The notes beneath the pieces were generated by a model. That model made no database searches. It saw only the letters and a program-made list of their open reading frames with translations, and was not told where the DNA came from. A program made the translations under genes and the position numbers. A stretch of 64,000 nt of DNA from Escherichia coli (GTDB lineage Bacteria > Pseudomonadota > Gammaproteobacteria > Enterobacterales > Enterobacteriaceae). Positions 22,804 through 35,176 of the stretch are shown piece by piece (the stretch's first letter is position 1; each line of letters opens with the position of its first letter). The stretch lies in the NCBI RefSeq assembly GCF_016026235.1, contig NZ_CP065613.1; one strand, given 5' to 3'.

Positions 22804-22902
22804 CTACGGCGCATTGCCGACGACCACCACCACACGCACGACGACCACTGCGGCGGATGGCGCAGTTGGTAGTAGTTTTGCGTTGAACATGGAAGTAGTC
22901 AT
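22804..22902 (-). CDS. ivbL: ilvB operon leader peptide
   Basis: 32 codons MTTSMLNAKLLPTAPSAAVVVVRVVVVVGNAP read directly from the sequence; Val/Leu-rich, typical attenuation leader. Confidence 0.85.
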   Translation of the reverse strand: MTTSMFNAKLLPTAPSAAVVVVRVVVVVGNAP

Positions 22903-23029
22903 TGGGGACCTTGTTGGTTTTGTGTTTAACAATATTTATACAAGCACAGCTTTACAGGGGAGACAATGGAAAATTTTTCAGCAAGGGAAAATTGAGGGGT
23001 TGATCACGTTTTGCACTGAATTGCAGGTA

Positions 23030-23170
23030 ACAAAAAACCCCGCCGGAGCGAGGTTTCGTCAGCCGCCTGCGGCTGGTAACCGCAAAGCACACTGTATTAT
23101 GTCAACACTGAAAGTATACCTGTTCCGCGCAGAACGCGCAATTTCGGCACGAATTTTGACGTATTTAGTA
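23030..23170 (-). ncRNA. istR: IstR antitoxin sRNA region (IstR-1/IstR-2); 5' ends approximate
   Basis: Minus-strand hairpin plus U6 terminator near 23032-23053; contains a ~21-nt block (23087-23110) repeated upstream of tisB; sits divergent from a LexA-boxed promoter. Confidence 0.5.
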
Positions 23171-23212
23171 CATAGTTGAGTATCGATCACAGTTTGCGTT
23201 TTGTCCAAAAAT

Positions 23213-23232
23213 TACTGTTTATTTATACAGTA
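23213..23232 (+). promoter_or_regulatory. LexA box with adjacent -10 (TATAAT at 23239-23244), tisAB promoter
   Basis: TACTGTTTATTTATACAGTA matches the LexA consensus CTGT-N8-ACAG. Confidence 0.7.
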
Positions 23233-23466
23233 AACTTCTATAATATCACTGTACGCAATGTGTTATGCGGGGGCCGCATCGTTACCCGGCGCACTAAGTC
23301 CTGGCTGAAACGGGTGGTGCCGTCAGCGCCTTAACCCCGCGTGAGCACACTGTGTTATGTCAACAAGCACAACGTTTCTCCTTGAGATACCGCGTGCACA
23401 ACAGCTGGCAACAGGCAGCGGAAAGGTACGTCAGCTGGCAGTGCTCCTGAACCACAGGAGACGCGT

Positions 23467-23556
23467 ATGAGCCTGGTGGATATCGCCATTCTTATCCTCA
23501 AACTCATTGTTGCAGCACTGCAACTGCTTGATGCTGTTCTGAAATACCTGAAGTAA
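23467..23556 (+). CDS. tisB: SOS-induced type I toxin TisB (29 aa membrane peptide)
   Basis: MSLVDIAILILKLIVAALQLLDAVLKYLK read from the sequence; too short for the ORF track. Confidence 0.85.
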   Translation: MSLVDIAILILKLIVAALQLLDAVLKYLK

Positions 23557-23575
23557 TTCAGATTCAAGTCGCACC

Positions 23576-23606
23576 AAAGGGGAGCGGGTAACCGCTCCCC
23601 TTTTAT
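23576..23606 (+). terminator. intrinsic terminator downstream of tisB
   Basis: Hairpin GGGGAGCGGGTAACCGCTCCCC followed by TTTT. Confidence 0.7.
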
Positions 23607-23686
23607 ATTTAGCGTGCGGGTTGGAGTTGGGGGCTTCTTCTACCAGCAGAATGTTTGCACCTGCGCTGCCTGTGCCCCTCACCCTA

Positions 23687-23787
23687 GCCCTCTCCCCAAA
23701 GGGGCGAGGGGACCGTCCCGTGCAATGTTTAGCTCATTTTCTGAAAGGGAACGGTGGTTTCCCCCTCGCCCTTTCAGGGAGAGGGTT
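23687..23787. repeat. two copies of a ~26-nt hairpin-forming element in inverted orientation
   Basis: GCCCTCTCCCCAAAGGGGCGAGGGGA (23687-23712) versus the reverse complement of TCCCCCTCGCCCTTTCAGGGAGAGGGTT (23760-23787). Confidence 0.5.
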
Positions 23788-23974
23788 ACAGTTCGCACGT
23801 AATCCCTTCCGGCAACATTTATTGCCGCTTTTGTTTACATATTCTGCCGTTTTGCTTTTCGCCATTCCCGGCACATATCTGGCTAACATTCATCAATGTG
23901 ATAGATTCCTCTCCCGCATTTATGGGAATGCGTAGTGACTTATTCTAATTATTTTTATAAAAGCATCCGTGATA

Positions 23975-25159
23975 ATGAAAAGGCATAGAAACGTCAATTT
24001 GTTATTGATGTTGGTATTACTCGTGGCCGTCGGTCAGATGGCGCAAACCATTTATATTCCAGCTATTGCCGATATGGCGCGCGATCTCAACGTCCGTGAA
24101 GGGGCGGTGCAGAGCGTAATGGGCGCTTATCTGCTGACTTACGGTGTCTCGCAGCTGTTTTATGGCCCGATATCCGACCGCGTGGGTCGCCGACCAGTGA
24201 TCCTCGTCGGAATGTCCATTTTTATGCTGGCAACGCTGGTCGCGGTCACGACCTCCAGTTTGACGGTATTGATTGCCGCCAGCGCGATGCAGGGGATGGG
24301 CACCGGCGTTGGCGGCGTAATGGCGCGTACTTTGCCGCGTGATTTATATGAACGGACACAGTTGCGCCATGCTAACAGCCTGTTAAACATGGGGATTCTT
24401 GTTAGTCCGTTGCTCGCACCGCTAATCGGCGGTCTGCTGGATACGATGTGGAACTGGCGCGCCTGTTATCTCTTTTTGTTGGTTCTTTGTGCTGGTGTGA
24501 CCTTCAGTATGGCCCGCTGGATGCCGGAAACGCGTCCGGTCGATGCACCGCGCACGCGCCTGCTTACCAGTTATAAAACGCTTTTCGGTAACGGCGGTTT
24601 TAACTGTTATTTGCTGATGCTGATTGGCGGTCTGGCCGGGATTGCCGCCTTTGAAGCCTGCTCCGGCGTGCTGATGGGCGCGGTGTTAGGGCTGAGCAGT
24701 ATGACGGTCAGTATTTTGTTTATTCTGCCGATTCCGGCGGCATTTTTTGGGGCATGGTTTGCCGGGCGTCCTAATAAACGCTTCTCAACGTTGATGTGGC
24801 AGTCGGTTATCTGCTGCCTGCTGGCTGGCTTGCTGATGTGGATCCCCGACTGGTTTGGCGTGATGAATGTCTGGACGCTGCTTGTTCCCGCCGCGCTGTT
24901 CTTTTTCGGTGCCGGGATGCTGTTTCCGCTGGCGACCAGCGGCGCGATGGAGCCGTTCCCCTTCCTGGCGGGCACGGCTGGCGCGCTGGTCGGCGGTCTG
25001 CAAAACATTGGTTCCGGCGTACTGGCGTCGCTCTCAGCGATGTTGCCGCAAACCGGTCAGGGCAGCCTGGGGTTGTTGATGACCTTAATGGGATTGTTGA
25101 TCGTGCTGTGCTGGCTACCGCTGGCAACGCGGATGTCGCATCAGGGGCAGCCCGTTTAA
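23975..25159 (+). CDS. emrD: multidrug efflux MFS transporter
   Basis: Trimmed to MKRHRNVNLLLM... (394 aa); recognised as EmrD. Confidence 0.9.
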   Translation: MKRHRNVNLLLMLVLLVAVGQMAQTIYIPAIADMARDLNVREGAVQSVMGAYLLTYGVSQLFYGPISDRVGRRPVILVGMSIFMLATLVAVTTSSLTVLIAASAMQGMGTGVGGVMARTLPRDLYERTQLRHANSLLNMGILVSPLLAPLIGGLLDTMWNWRACYLFLLVLCAGVTFSMARWMPETRPVDAPRTRLLTSYKTLFGNGGFNCYLLMLIGGLAGIAAFEACSGVLMGAVLGLSSMTVSILFILPIPAAFFGAWFAGRPNKRFSTLMWQSVICCLLAGLLMWIPDWFGVMNVWTLLVPAALFFFGAGMLFPLATSGAMEPFPFLAGTAGALVGGLQNIGSGVLASLSAMLPQTGQGSLGLLMTLMGLLIVLCWLPLATRMSHQGQPV

Positions 25160-25166
25160 GTTCACG

Positions 25167-25664
25167 TCACCGCAGCATCGTCATCAGCTCCATGGGAGAA
25201 CGATGCTGCTTTATCAGATCACGCATTACCCGCATATGCGGTGCGGAGTAAGAATAAAACGCCTGATAGCCCGCACAAAGCACGTTGTCTGGCGTCTCCT
25301 CCCGAGCGTGCGGACACAGCCGATGCCAGTCGCACGCCTGGCAGTCACGGCGCGATTGCGGGTTTTCGCTGCCACACCATTTTTGTAGGGTGGCGTCAAA
25401 AAGCTCAATCGAAATACGACTGATATCTGCCCGCACCCAACACTCAAACAGGGCAATTAAAAATTTCCCCCACAGCTCTGCTGTCACCGAAGCGGCCGTC
25501 ATATCGCCCCAGTCATCAAATTCAAGATGGGGAATAAGCTGTACGGAGCGGATGCCCCGCTGTTTGAAATTGTGATAAAAATCGGCAGGTTGCAGAGTAT
25601 CCTTATACTCTACAACCAGTTTATGCCTGTCCTCTTCAGCATCAATGACCTGACTTCCTGTCAT
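25167..25664 (-). CDS. yidF: short anaerobic-sulfatase-maturase-like protein (Cys-rich C-terminal region, no full radical-SAM core)
   Basis: 165 aa; recognised as YidF. Overlaps yidG by 4 nt. Confidence 0.8.
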   Translation of the reverse strand: MTGSQVIDAEEDRHKLVVEYKDTLQPADFYHNFKQRGIRSVQLIPHLEFDDWGDMTAASVTAELWGKFLIALFECWVRADISRISIELFDATLQKWCGSENPQSRRDCQACDWHRLCPHAREETPDNVLCAGYQAFYSYSAPHMRVMRDLIKQHRSPMELMTMLR

Positions 25665-26023
25665 GCGACTCTCTCAATAAATACGATAAGTTGATGTATA
25701 TGCGTTACAGCAAACAGTATTGCGAGAGATAACACCGCGAGGGAGATCAAAAATTTGTCACGGACTACGTGAAATTGGGAAAAATCGCTATTCGTGACAT
25801 CCATTAAATTGCGATTACGAGTGTAGTGCCAGAGGATCAGCGCCACGATGGCGAGGATGCCAATCGAAATCCAGAATAACATGCCCGCCTGGTGCCAGTT
25901 GTGTTTGATAGCCAACGCCATCAACGCGCCGTAGCCCAGCATGGTACGAAACCACGCCAGTGATGTACGCTCCGGCTGCAGCCCTGGGTCGGCAATGCGT
26001 CTGGCTTTGCGGCTATCCGGCAT
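25661..26023 (-). CDS. yidG: small inner-membrane protein (DUF202)
   Basis: 120 aa, hydrophobic; recognised as YidG. Confidence 0.8.
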   Translation of the reverse strand: MPDSRKARRIADPGLQPERTSLAWFRTMLGYGALMALAIKHNWHQAGMLFWISIGILAIVALILWHYTRNRNLMDVTNSDFSQFHVVRDKFLISLAVLSLAILFAVTHIHQLIVFIERVA

Positions 26024-26360
26024 ACAACACCAGTCCCATAACGATCACTGCTACGACCATCAATATTAAGCTGATGATTAATAAGCTGTTGGTGTAGGGC
26101 AGGTCCTCTTTCAGACGCATCGCTTTTTCATTGCGTAACCAGCGCAAGTAGCCATACATCGCTAACCCGCCGGAAAACAGACACAACAACAACGCCAGCA
26201 GTTCGCGAATGACGGGCGTGGCGAAATCTGGCGCAAGTTGATCAAGCCCAACCCCCGCCGCCAGAAATCCTAGTGCAGTACGGATCCACGCCAGAAAAGT
26301 ACGCTCATTAGCCAGCGAGAAGCGGTAATCGGGCGCTTCTCCGAGGCGGGAAATTTTCAT
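26013..26360 (-). CDS. yidH: small inner-membrane protein (DUF202)
   Basis: 115 aa, hydrophobic; recognised as YidH. Overlaps yidG by 11 nt. Confidence 0.8.
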   Translation of the reverse strand: MKISRLGEAPDYRFSLANERTFLAWIRTALGFLAAGVGLDQLAPDFATPVIRELLALLLCLFSGGLAMYGYLRWLRNEKAMRLKEDLPYTNSLLIISLILMVVAVIVMGLVLYAG

Positions 26361-26468
26361 TGTTGCTCCTTTGCAATTTCACTAACGCTCTACCTTTAGC
26401 GGTTTTTTTTAAGAATTTCGTCCGCCCGTTTCCTGATATGCTTTTGCCATCCGCTACAAGGAGGTCAG

Positions 26469-26918
26469 ATGGGTATCATAGCTCAAAATAAAATCAGTTC
26501 ATTGGGCATGCTGTTCGGTGCCATCGCTTTAATGATGGGGATTATCCACTTTTCATTCGGCCCTTTCTCCGCACCACCGCCAACGTTTGAAAGCATCGTG
26601 GCGGACAAAACGGCTGAAATTAAAAGAGGTCTTCTCGCCGGAATAAAAGGCGAAAAAATTACCACCGTGGAGAAAAAAGAGGACGTAGATGTCGATAAAA
26701 TCCTCAATCAAAGCGGTATCGCACTGGCCATTGCTGCGCTACTTTGCGCATTTATTGGCGGTATGCGTAAGGAAAATCGCTGGGGCATTCGCGGCGCGCT
26801 GGTTTTTGGCGGCGGGACGCTGGCTTTCCATACCTTGCTTTTTGGTATCGGCATCGTGTGCAGCATTTTGCTGATATTCCTTATCTTTTCCTTCCTGACT
26901 GGCGCTTCACTGGTTTAA
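26469..26918 (+). CDS. yidI: inner-membrane protein of unknown function
   Basis: 149 aa with several hydrophobic segments; recognised as YidI. Confidence 0.8.
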   Translation: MGIIAQNKISSLGMLFGAIALMMGIIHFSFGPFSAPPPTFESIVADKTAEIKRGLLAGIKGEKITTVEKKEDVDVDKILNQSGIALAIAALLCAFIGGMRKENRWGIRGALVFGGGTLAFHTLLFGIGIVCSILLIFLIFSFLTGASLV

Positions 26919-26964
26919 GCAGCCTGAATAATGCCCGCCGGGTGTTCATCAGCGGGCATTATCG

Positions 26965-28458
26965 TCAGAACTTCTGTTTTTTCTCTTCCACCTTCACCCC
27001 TTGTGTCGGCAGGCCGGTGTCATAGTCGCGTACCACTGGCGAATAACCATCTTGTGGGCGTGGACGAAATGCCCCCATCCAGCGCGGCTGTGCATCTTTA
27101 CGCCACGGACGCAGGCTCCATTGGTAACTGCGGAACGGATCGCGAATTTTGTCCATATAATCCAATAAGGCATCATGCATTTTGCTGCGAACGTCGGCAA
27201 AATGGGCATCATCGATCAGGTTATGCATTTCATTTGGATCATTACGGCGATCGTAAAGTTCATCACTGGTGAAGAGGTTGAGCACCAGTTTAAAGTCATC
27301 CGTCACCCAGCAACGCACCGGAATAAAACCGCCAAAGCTGTCATGCTCAATCTCATAGCGGTTAAATTCCACCATCACGCCGCGTGGCTCTTTCACGGCA
27401 AGGATATTTTCCCCCGGCAGAATCTCTGGTTTTTCAATATCTGCCAGCGCCATCATTGTCGGCAGTAAATCGATATGACTGACTGGCGTATTGACCTGTC
27501 GCCGCTCCCCTTGCGGCGAACGGATGATCAGCGGAATACGGGTGATGTCGTCATACATCGCCGCTCCTTTACTGATCAGCTTATGTGCGCCCATCATTTC
27601 GCCGTGATCGGATGTATAAATAACCCACGTATTTTCACGTTGCTCTGGCGTTAAGGCATTGATGACCCGTCCTATTTGGTCATCAACAAAGTCATTACAG
27701 GCAAAATAGAGCGGATGGTGATAAAGCCCGTCATCACCGACTGGCGATGGCATCGCCTGCGCCCATAAGCGGTGATGTTCTGGTTTGTTCGCCAGGTCAT
27801 CCTGTGCTTTCTCGCCCAGCTCGTAGTAAAAATCAGCGTATTTCTCTAAATACTCCACCGGACAGGTGAACGGGTGATGCGGCTCATCATACGAAACCAC
27901 CATCAGGAAGGGTTCCTCGGTGCGCGCGGGCTGTTGCAGAAAATCCACCGCCCGATTGCTGATGCGGTGCGCCCAGGTGAAGGTTTCGTCAATATGGTTC
28001 GCCTGTAAATCTTCGACGCTGTTTAGGCCATTGCGCCACAGGCTAATCTCTTTTTCCGTCAGTTCGCTAAGATAGTTCGCCCCATCGAACCAGTAATCAG
28101 CATCCCACTCCGGCGGACACTCGCCAGTGCCGAAATAGTCATGTCCATCGAGATGCCATTTGCCGATGTAACAGGTGTGATAGCCGGCATCCTTAAAGTA
28201 GCGCCCCATAGTAGAGATGTTTTTGCCTGGCGCGACGTTGTTGGTCCACGGGCCGGACTGGTTAGCGTAGATACCGGTAAACAGCCCGGCGCGTGCAGGC
28301 GTACAAACCGGTGAACAGGTGTAGGCGGAATTAAAGCGAATACCTTCCGCCGCCAGACTATCAATATTTTGCGTATTCAGCGGGTTACCGCTATAGCACC
28401 CGACCATATTGGTGGCCTGGGTATCGGTCATGATGAACAGAAAATTGGGGCGTTTCAT
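26965..28458 (-). CDS. yidJ: sulfatase (arylsulfatase family)
   Basis: 497 aa with the N-terminal sulfatase motif C-S-P-V-C-T-P-A-R; recognised as YidJ. Confidence 0.9.
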   Translation of the reverse strand: MKRPNFLFIMTDTQATNMVGCYSGNPLNTQNIDSLAAEGIRFNSAYTCSPVCTPARAGLFTGIYANQSGPWTNNVAPGKNISTMGRYFKDAGYHTCYIGKWHLDGHDYFGTGECPPEWDADYWFDGANYLSELTEKEISLWRNGLNSVEDLQANHIDETFTWAHRISNRAVDFLQQPARTEEPFLMVVSYDEPHHPFTCPVEYLEKYADFYYELGEKAQDDLANKPEHHRLWAQAMPSPVGDDGLYHHPLYFACNDFVDDQIGRVINALTPEQRENTWVIYTSDHGEMMGAHKLISKGAAMYDDITRIPLIIRSPQGERRQVNTPVSHIDLLPTMMALADIEKPEILPGENILAVKEPRGVMVEFNRYEIEHDSFGGFIPVRCWVTDDFKLVLNLFTSDELYDRRNDPNEMHNLIDDAHFADVRSKMHDALLDYMDKIRDPFRSYQWSLRPWRKDAQPRWMGAFRPRPQDGYSPVVRDYDTGLPTQGVKVEEKKQKF

Positions 28459-30170
28459 AGGCTATCCTTTGCATCGGGAGTAAAGGTTACGGCTGGGTCG
28501 TGACGATGCCGCCAGCTGTCAAAAATCAGGTAGACAATCACTACGGCGGCAATGAAATAACTGATCATCGCTAACCAGCGCGTACCGTAGCCGCCGAATT
28601 CAGCCAGCCCGGCATAGACGCCAATCATCGCGAACAGGATGCCAATTGACGCGATCTTGACGTTTTTCCACGGTTTCATGTCCACCGCAAACGCATCTTT
28701 GAAGGTGAACGGCGTGGCGCGCGGTTTGATAAAACCGATCACCAGCATCACGACCACGTTGATGCAGAACGTACAGGCCAGCACATAGAGGAAATGGAAG
28801 TCGAACTTCACCAGATAGTTGATGGTGATATAGCTGATTATGCCAATCCCCATCGCCACTTTTGCCGCCAGCGCCGGGATGCGCGGGAAGAAAAAGCCCA
28901 TAATGATGATGGTAACCAGCGGCACGTTGTAAATGCCGTTGAGCTGTTTCATCCAGCTATACAGCCCCTGCGGCGCGTTGGCGATCCACGGCGCTACCAG
29001 CACCGAAACGATAGCGATAAAGAAACCAAATTTGCGCCCGACGGTGACCAGCTGCTGCGGCTCGGCATTCTGGTTAATGATGCGACGGTAAATACCCATA
29101 CTGAATAACGTACTGGCGCTATTCAGAAAGCCGTTGAAGGTACTGATCACCGCACCAAATAACACCGCGCCGAAGAAACCCACCAGTGGCACTGGCAGAA
29201 CGTTATTGACCAGCGTCGGGTAGGCCATGTCGGCTTTCGGTAGATCCTGATACAGATGAAACGCAATCAACCCTGGCAGCACCAGTACCAGCGGGTCGAG
29301 CATTTTCAGCACCGCCGTTAACAGCGCCCCCTTTTGCCCTTCCGCCAGGCTTTTTGACGCCAGCGTGCGTTGCACGATGCCCTGATTTGTACACCAGTAA
29401 AAGGTGTTCACCAGAATTAAACCGGTAAATGCCGCGCCAATCGGCAAGGGATCGGTCGGGCCACCGACTGAGTTTAATTTCTCGGCGTGAACGGTGGTAA
29501 TTTGCTCAATGCCCTGCATAAAGCTGCCCTTGCCCATCGCGATCAGGCCAAATACCGGCACCATCAACCCGCCGATAACCAGCCCAATACCGTTGATGGA
29601 GTCCGCCACTGCCATTGCGCGCAGTCCGCCGATCACCGCATACAAAATTCCCGCCAGACCAAGCAAAATTACCAGTAGCCAGATAGCCGCACCGTGAGAA
29701 ATCTGTAGCGATTCCCCGACGTGAAACAGGCTGTTGAGCGCCAACGCGCCGGAGTAGAGAACAATCGGCAGAAAGCAGACGCCGGTGGCAATGAGGAAGC
29801 AGAAGTCGATGATAATACGCGTCGTTTTATCATAACGTTCCTCCAGAAAATCGGGGATGGTGGCAATGCCGCGCTTCAGATAGCGCGGTAAAAAGATTAG
29901 CGCGAGGAAGATCAGCGTCACCGCTGAAGTGACTTCCCAGCCCATCACCGACATGCCGCTTTTGTAGGCCTGCCCGGAAAGACCAACCAGTTGTTCCGTG
30001 GAAAGGTTGGTTAACATTAACGAAGCGGCAATAACCGGCGCTTTTAGTGAACGTCCGGCAAGAAAATAGCCTTGTTGCGATCCGGTATCTGTTTTGCGAA
30101 CCTTCCACCAGGTGATGACCGCCACCAGCAGCGTAAAACCGACAAAACTCAAGATTTGTAACGAATTCAT
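28455..30170 (-). CDS. yidK: sodium:solute symporter (SSS family)
   Basis: 571 aa polytopic protein; overlaps yidJ by 4 nt (operon). Confidence 0.9.
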   Translation of the reverse strand: MNSLQILSFVGFTLLVAVITWWKVRKTDTGSQQGYFLAGRSLKAPVIAASLMLTNLSTEQLVGLSGQAYKSGMSVMGWEVTSAVTLIFLALIFLPRYLKRGIATIPDFLEERYDKTTRIIIDFCFLIATGVCFLPIVLYSGALALNSLFHVGESLQISHGAAIWLLVILLGLAGILYAVIGGLRAMAVADSINGIGLVIGGLMVPVFGLIAMGKGSFMQGIEQITTVHAEKLNSVGGPTDPLPIGAAFTGLILVNTFYWCTNQGIVQRTLASKSLAEGQKGALLTAVLKMLDPLVLVLPGLIAFHLYQDLPKADMAYPTLVNNVLPVPLVGFFGAVLFGAVISTFNGFLNSASTLFSMGIYRRIINQNAEPQQLVTVGRKFGFFIAIVSVLVAPWIANAPQGLYSWMKQLNGIYNVPLVTIIIMGFFFPRIPALAAKVAMGIGIISYITINYLVKFDFHFLYVLACTFCINVVVMLVIGFIKPRATPFTFKDAFAVDMKPWKNVKIASIGILFAMIGVYAGLAEFGGYGTRWLAMISYFIAAVVIVYLIFDSWRHRHDPAVTFTPDAKDSL

Positions 30171-30336
30171 CTCATAGCCCTTATTTATGTTTATGTCCCG
30201 GACGCATGAATATAGGGAGAGGTAAAATGCGTCGGGTCAGGCAGTCAGATTCTTAAAATACAAACGTCGTATCCCTGAACGGATTGTTTTCTGTTAAGTT
30301 CAGGTTGTGAGCATAATTCGCTGGAGGGATATTAAA

Positions 30337-33034
<2,698 letters not shown>

Positions 33035-33066
33035 CGGGATCCAGTTTTGCGGTAAAACCTGGTCAA

Positions 33067-34164
33067 TCAGACCTCCGCCCATGTTGCCACCACACCAAAG
33101 AGATACATTACGGTCGACATTGAGGCCGCAAGCACAGCGTGTACCGCAAACAGCAACGGTGAAATGAACAGGAAGGTAAATTCCAGCGGTTCGGTAATTC
33201 CCACCAGCATGGCGGTTAAGGTTGCGGGAATCAGCAAGCCCGCCACTTTTACCCGATTTTCCGGTGCGGCAGTGAAGTACATCGCTAAAGAAATGCCCAC
33301 GGCACCAAAGATTTTTGAGTTACCGTGCAGGGCAAAACCGCCTTCCGGGAACAACGATTTCAGCGGCTCGGCGCTCAGACTGAACTCTTGCAGATGCTGC
33401 GCCCAGTACATCTGAATGCCGCCTTCAACAGCTGCCGGACCAAAGATAAACGGTCCGTAGATGAAGTGGTGTAAACCGGTTGGGATCAGAATACGTTCGA
33501 GGAAGGTGTAAACCCACACCCCAAGCGCACCCGCCGAACGCAGGAACGCTTGCAGAGATTCAATCCCCATTTGTACTTTTGGCCAGCCGAGCAATGTCAG
33601 CCAGGCACAGGGGATCATCACCAGGAAGGCGATAATCACCACATAAGACGTCCCCTGGAAAATGCCGAGAAAAACCGGCAGTTTTTTATCGAACAGACGG
33701 TTATGCAGCGCCGTCACAATGCCGGAAATGATAATTGCGCCGATAATGCTGGTATCGAGGGTTTTAATCCCGGCCATCATTGTCAGACCGCTACCTGCCA
33801 CCGCGTCCTGAGTGAAATCGACGCCGAAGTAGCTTCCCCAGGTCATTCCCATCGCATTGATGAAATAGTTCCAGGTCAGGAAACTCACCATCACCGCCAG
33901 ACAAGCACGCCCCTGCGCTTGCTTAGCAAGGCCAATGGGTAAACCGACAGCAAAAATCAGCGGCATATTACGGAATACCGTCCAACCGCCCTCTTCAATA
34001 ATGTGTACGATTTGCGCGAATAAACTGTTTGGATCGGTCAGTGATTCCCCGACAAACATCGGGTTTTGCAGCAAGATGGCAAGACCCACCACAATCCCGG
34101 CGAAGGGAAACAGCAGCACTGGCGTAAACATCGCGCCGCCAAAGCGTTGAATTTGACTGAGCAT
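33067..34164 (-). CDS. glvC: PTS alpha-glucoside EIIC domain; frame break before the EIIB domain
   Basis: 365 aa from MLSQIQRFGGAMF... with a GAGG RBS; the EIIC ORF end overlaps the EIIB ORF in another frame. Confidence 0.7.
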   Translation of the reverse strand: MLSQIQRFGGAMFTPVLLFPFAGIVVGLAILLQNPMFVGESLTDPNSLFAQIVHIIEEGGWTVFRNMPLIFAVGLPIGLAKQAQGRACLAVMVSFLTWNYFINAMGMTWGSYFGVDFTQDAVAGSGLTMMAGIKTLDTSIIGAIIISGIVTALHNRLFDKKLPVFLGIFQGTSYVVIIAFLVMIPCAWLTLLGWPKVQMGIESLQAFLRSAGALGVWVYTFLERILIPTGLHHFIYGPFIFGPAAVEGGIQMYWAQHLQEFSLSAEPLKSLFPEGGFALHGNSKIFGAVGISLAMYFTAAPENRVKVAGLLIPATLTAMLVGITEPLEFTFLFISPLLFAVHAVLAASMSTVMYLFGVVATWAEV

Positions 34165-34459
34165 TTCCACATCCTCTTTTCTCAATTCTGTAAGTAGGAA
34201 GCCTGATTGGTTATGCGGCAGGCCTGGAGCGAGGATAGGAAGATGCGATCGGCAGAACATGACGACCCAATGGGATTCGTGATCGCTTTCATGCTTTTCG
34301 TTGGGCGGTAGAGATCTACGTTTTCGCGAAAAAGTAGACCTCTGTGAGCACAGGTACACAGCATCGAACACATCTTTAAAAATAAGATGTTTTTTCAATC
34401 GATTAAGCAGAACTTGTGGGCGCATTACCCGGGCTTGCAGGCAAAAAAGAGATCTAGAG

Positions 34460-35176
34460 ATGATCTACAAAAGCATTGCGGAGCGGTTAAGAATTCGACT
34501 TAATTCCGCAGATTTCACGCTAAACAGCCTTCTTCCCGGTGAAAAAAAGCTGGCGGAAGAGTTTGCGGTATCGCGGATGACCATCCGTAAAGCCATTGAC
34601 CTGCTGGTAGCGTGGGGGCTGGTGGTCCGCCGCCACGGCAGCGGCACTTACCTGGTACGCAAAGATGTGCTGCATCAAACCGCCAGCCTGACCGGGCTGG
34701 TGGAGGTGTTAAAACGGCAGGGAAAAACAGTCACCAGCCAGGTGCTGATTTTTGAAATCATGCCTGCGCCTCCGGCCATTGCCAGCCAGTTACGGATTCA
34801 AATCAACGAGCAGATCTACTTCTCCCGTCGCGTTCGTTTTGGGGAAGGGAAACCGCTGATGCTGGAAGACAGCTATATGCCGGTAAAACTGTTCCGTAAC
34901 CTTTCGCTGCAACATCTGGAAGGGTCGAAGTTTGAATATATTGAACAAGAGTGCGGGATTCTGATTGGCGGTAATTATGAAAGCCTGACGCCGGTGCTCG
35001 CCGATAGACTGCTGGCGCGGCAAATGAAGGTAGCGGAACACACGCCACTGCTGCGGATCACCTCGTTGTCATATAGCGAGAGCGGGGAGTTTTTGAATTA
35101 TTCAGTGATGTTCAGAAATGCCAGCGAATACCAGGTGGAGTACCATTTACGGCGACTCCACCCAGAAAAGAGTTAA
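34460..35176 (+). CDS. yidP: GntR-family (HutC subfamily) transcriptional regulator
   Basis: 238 aa from [10 protein letters not shown]...; N-terminal GntR HTH and UTRA-like C-terminus; divergent from the glv operon. Confidence 0.85.
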
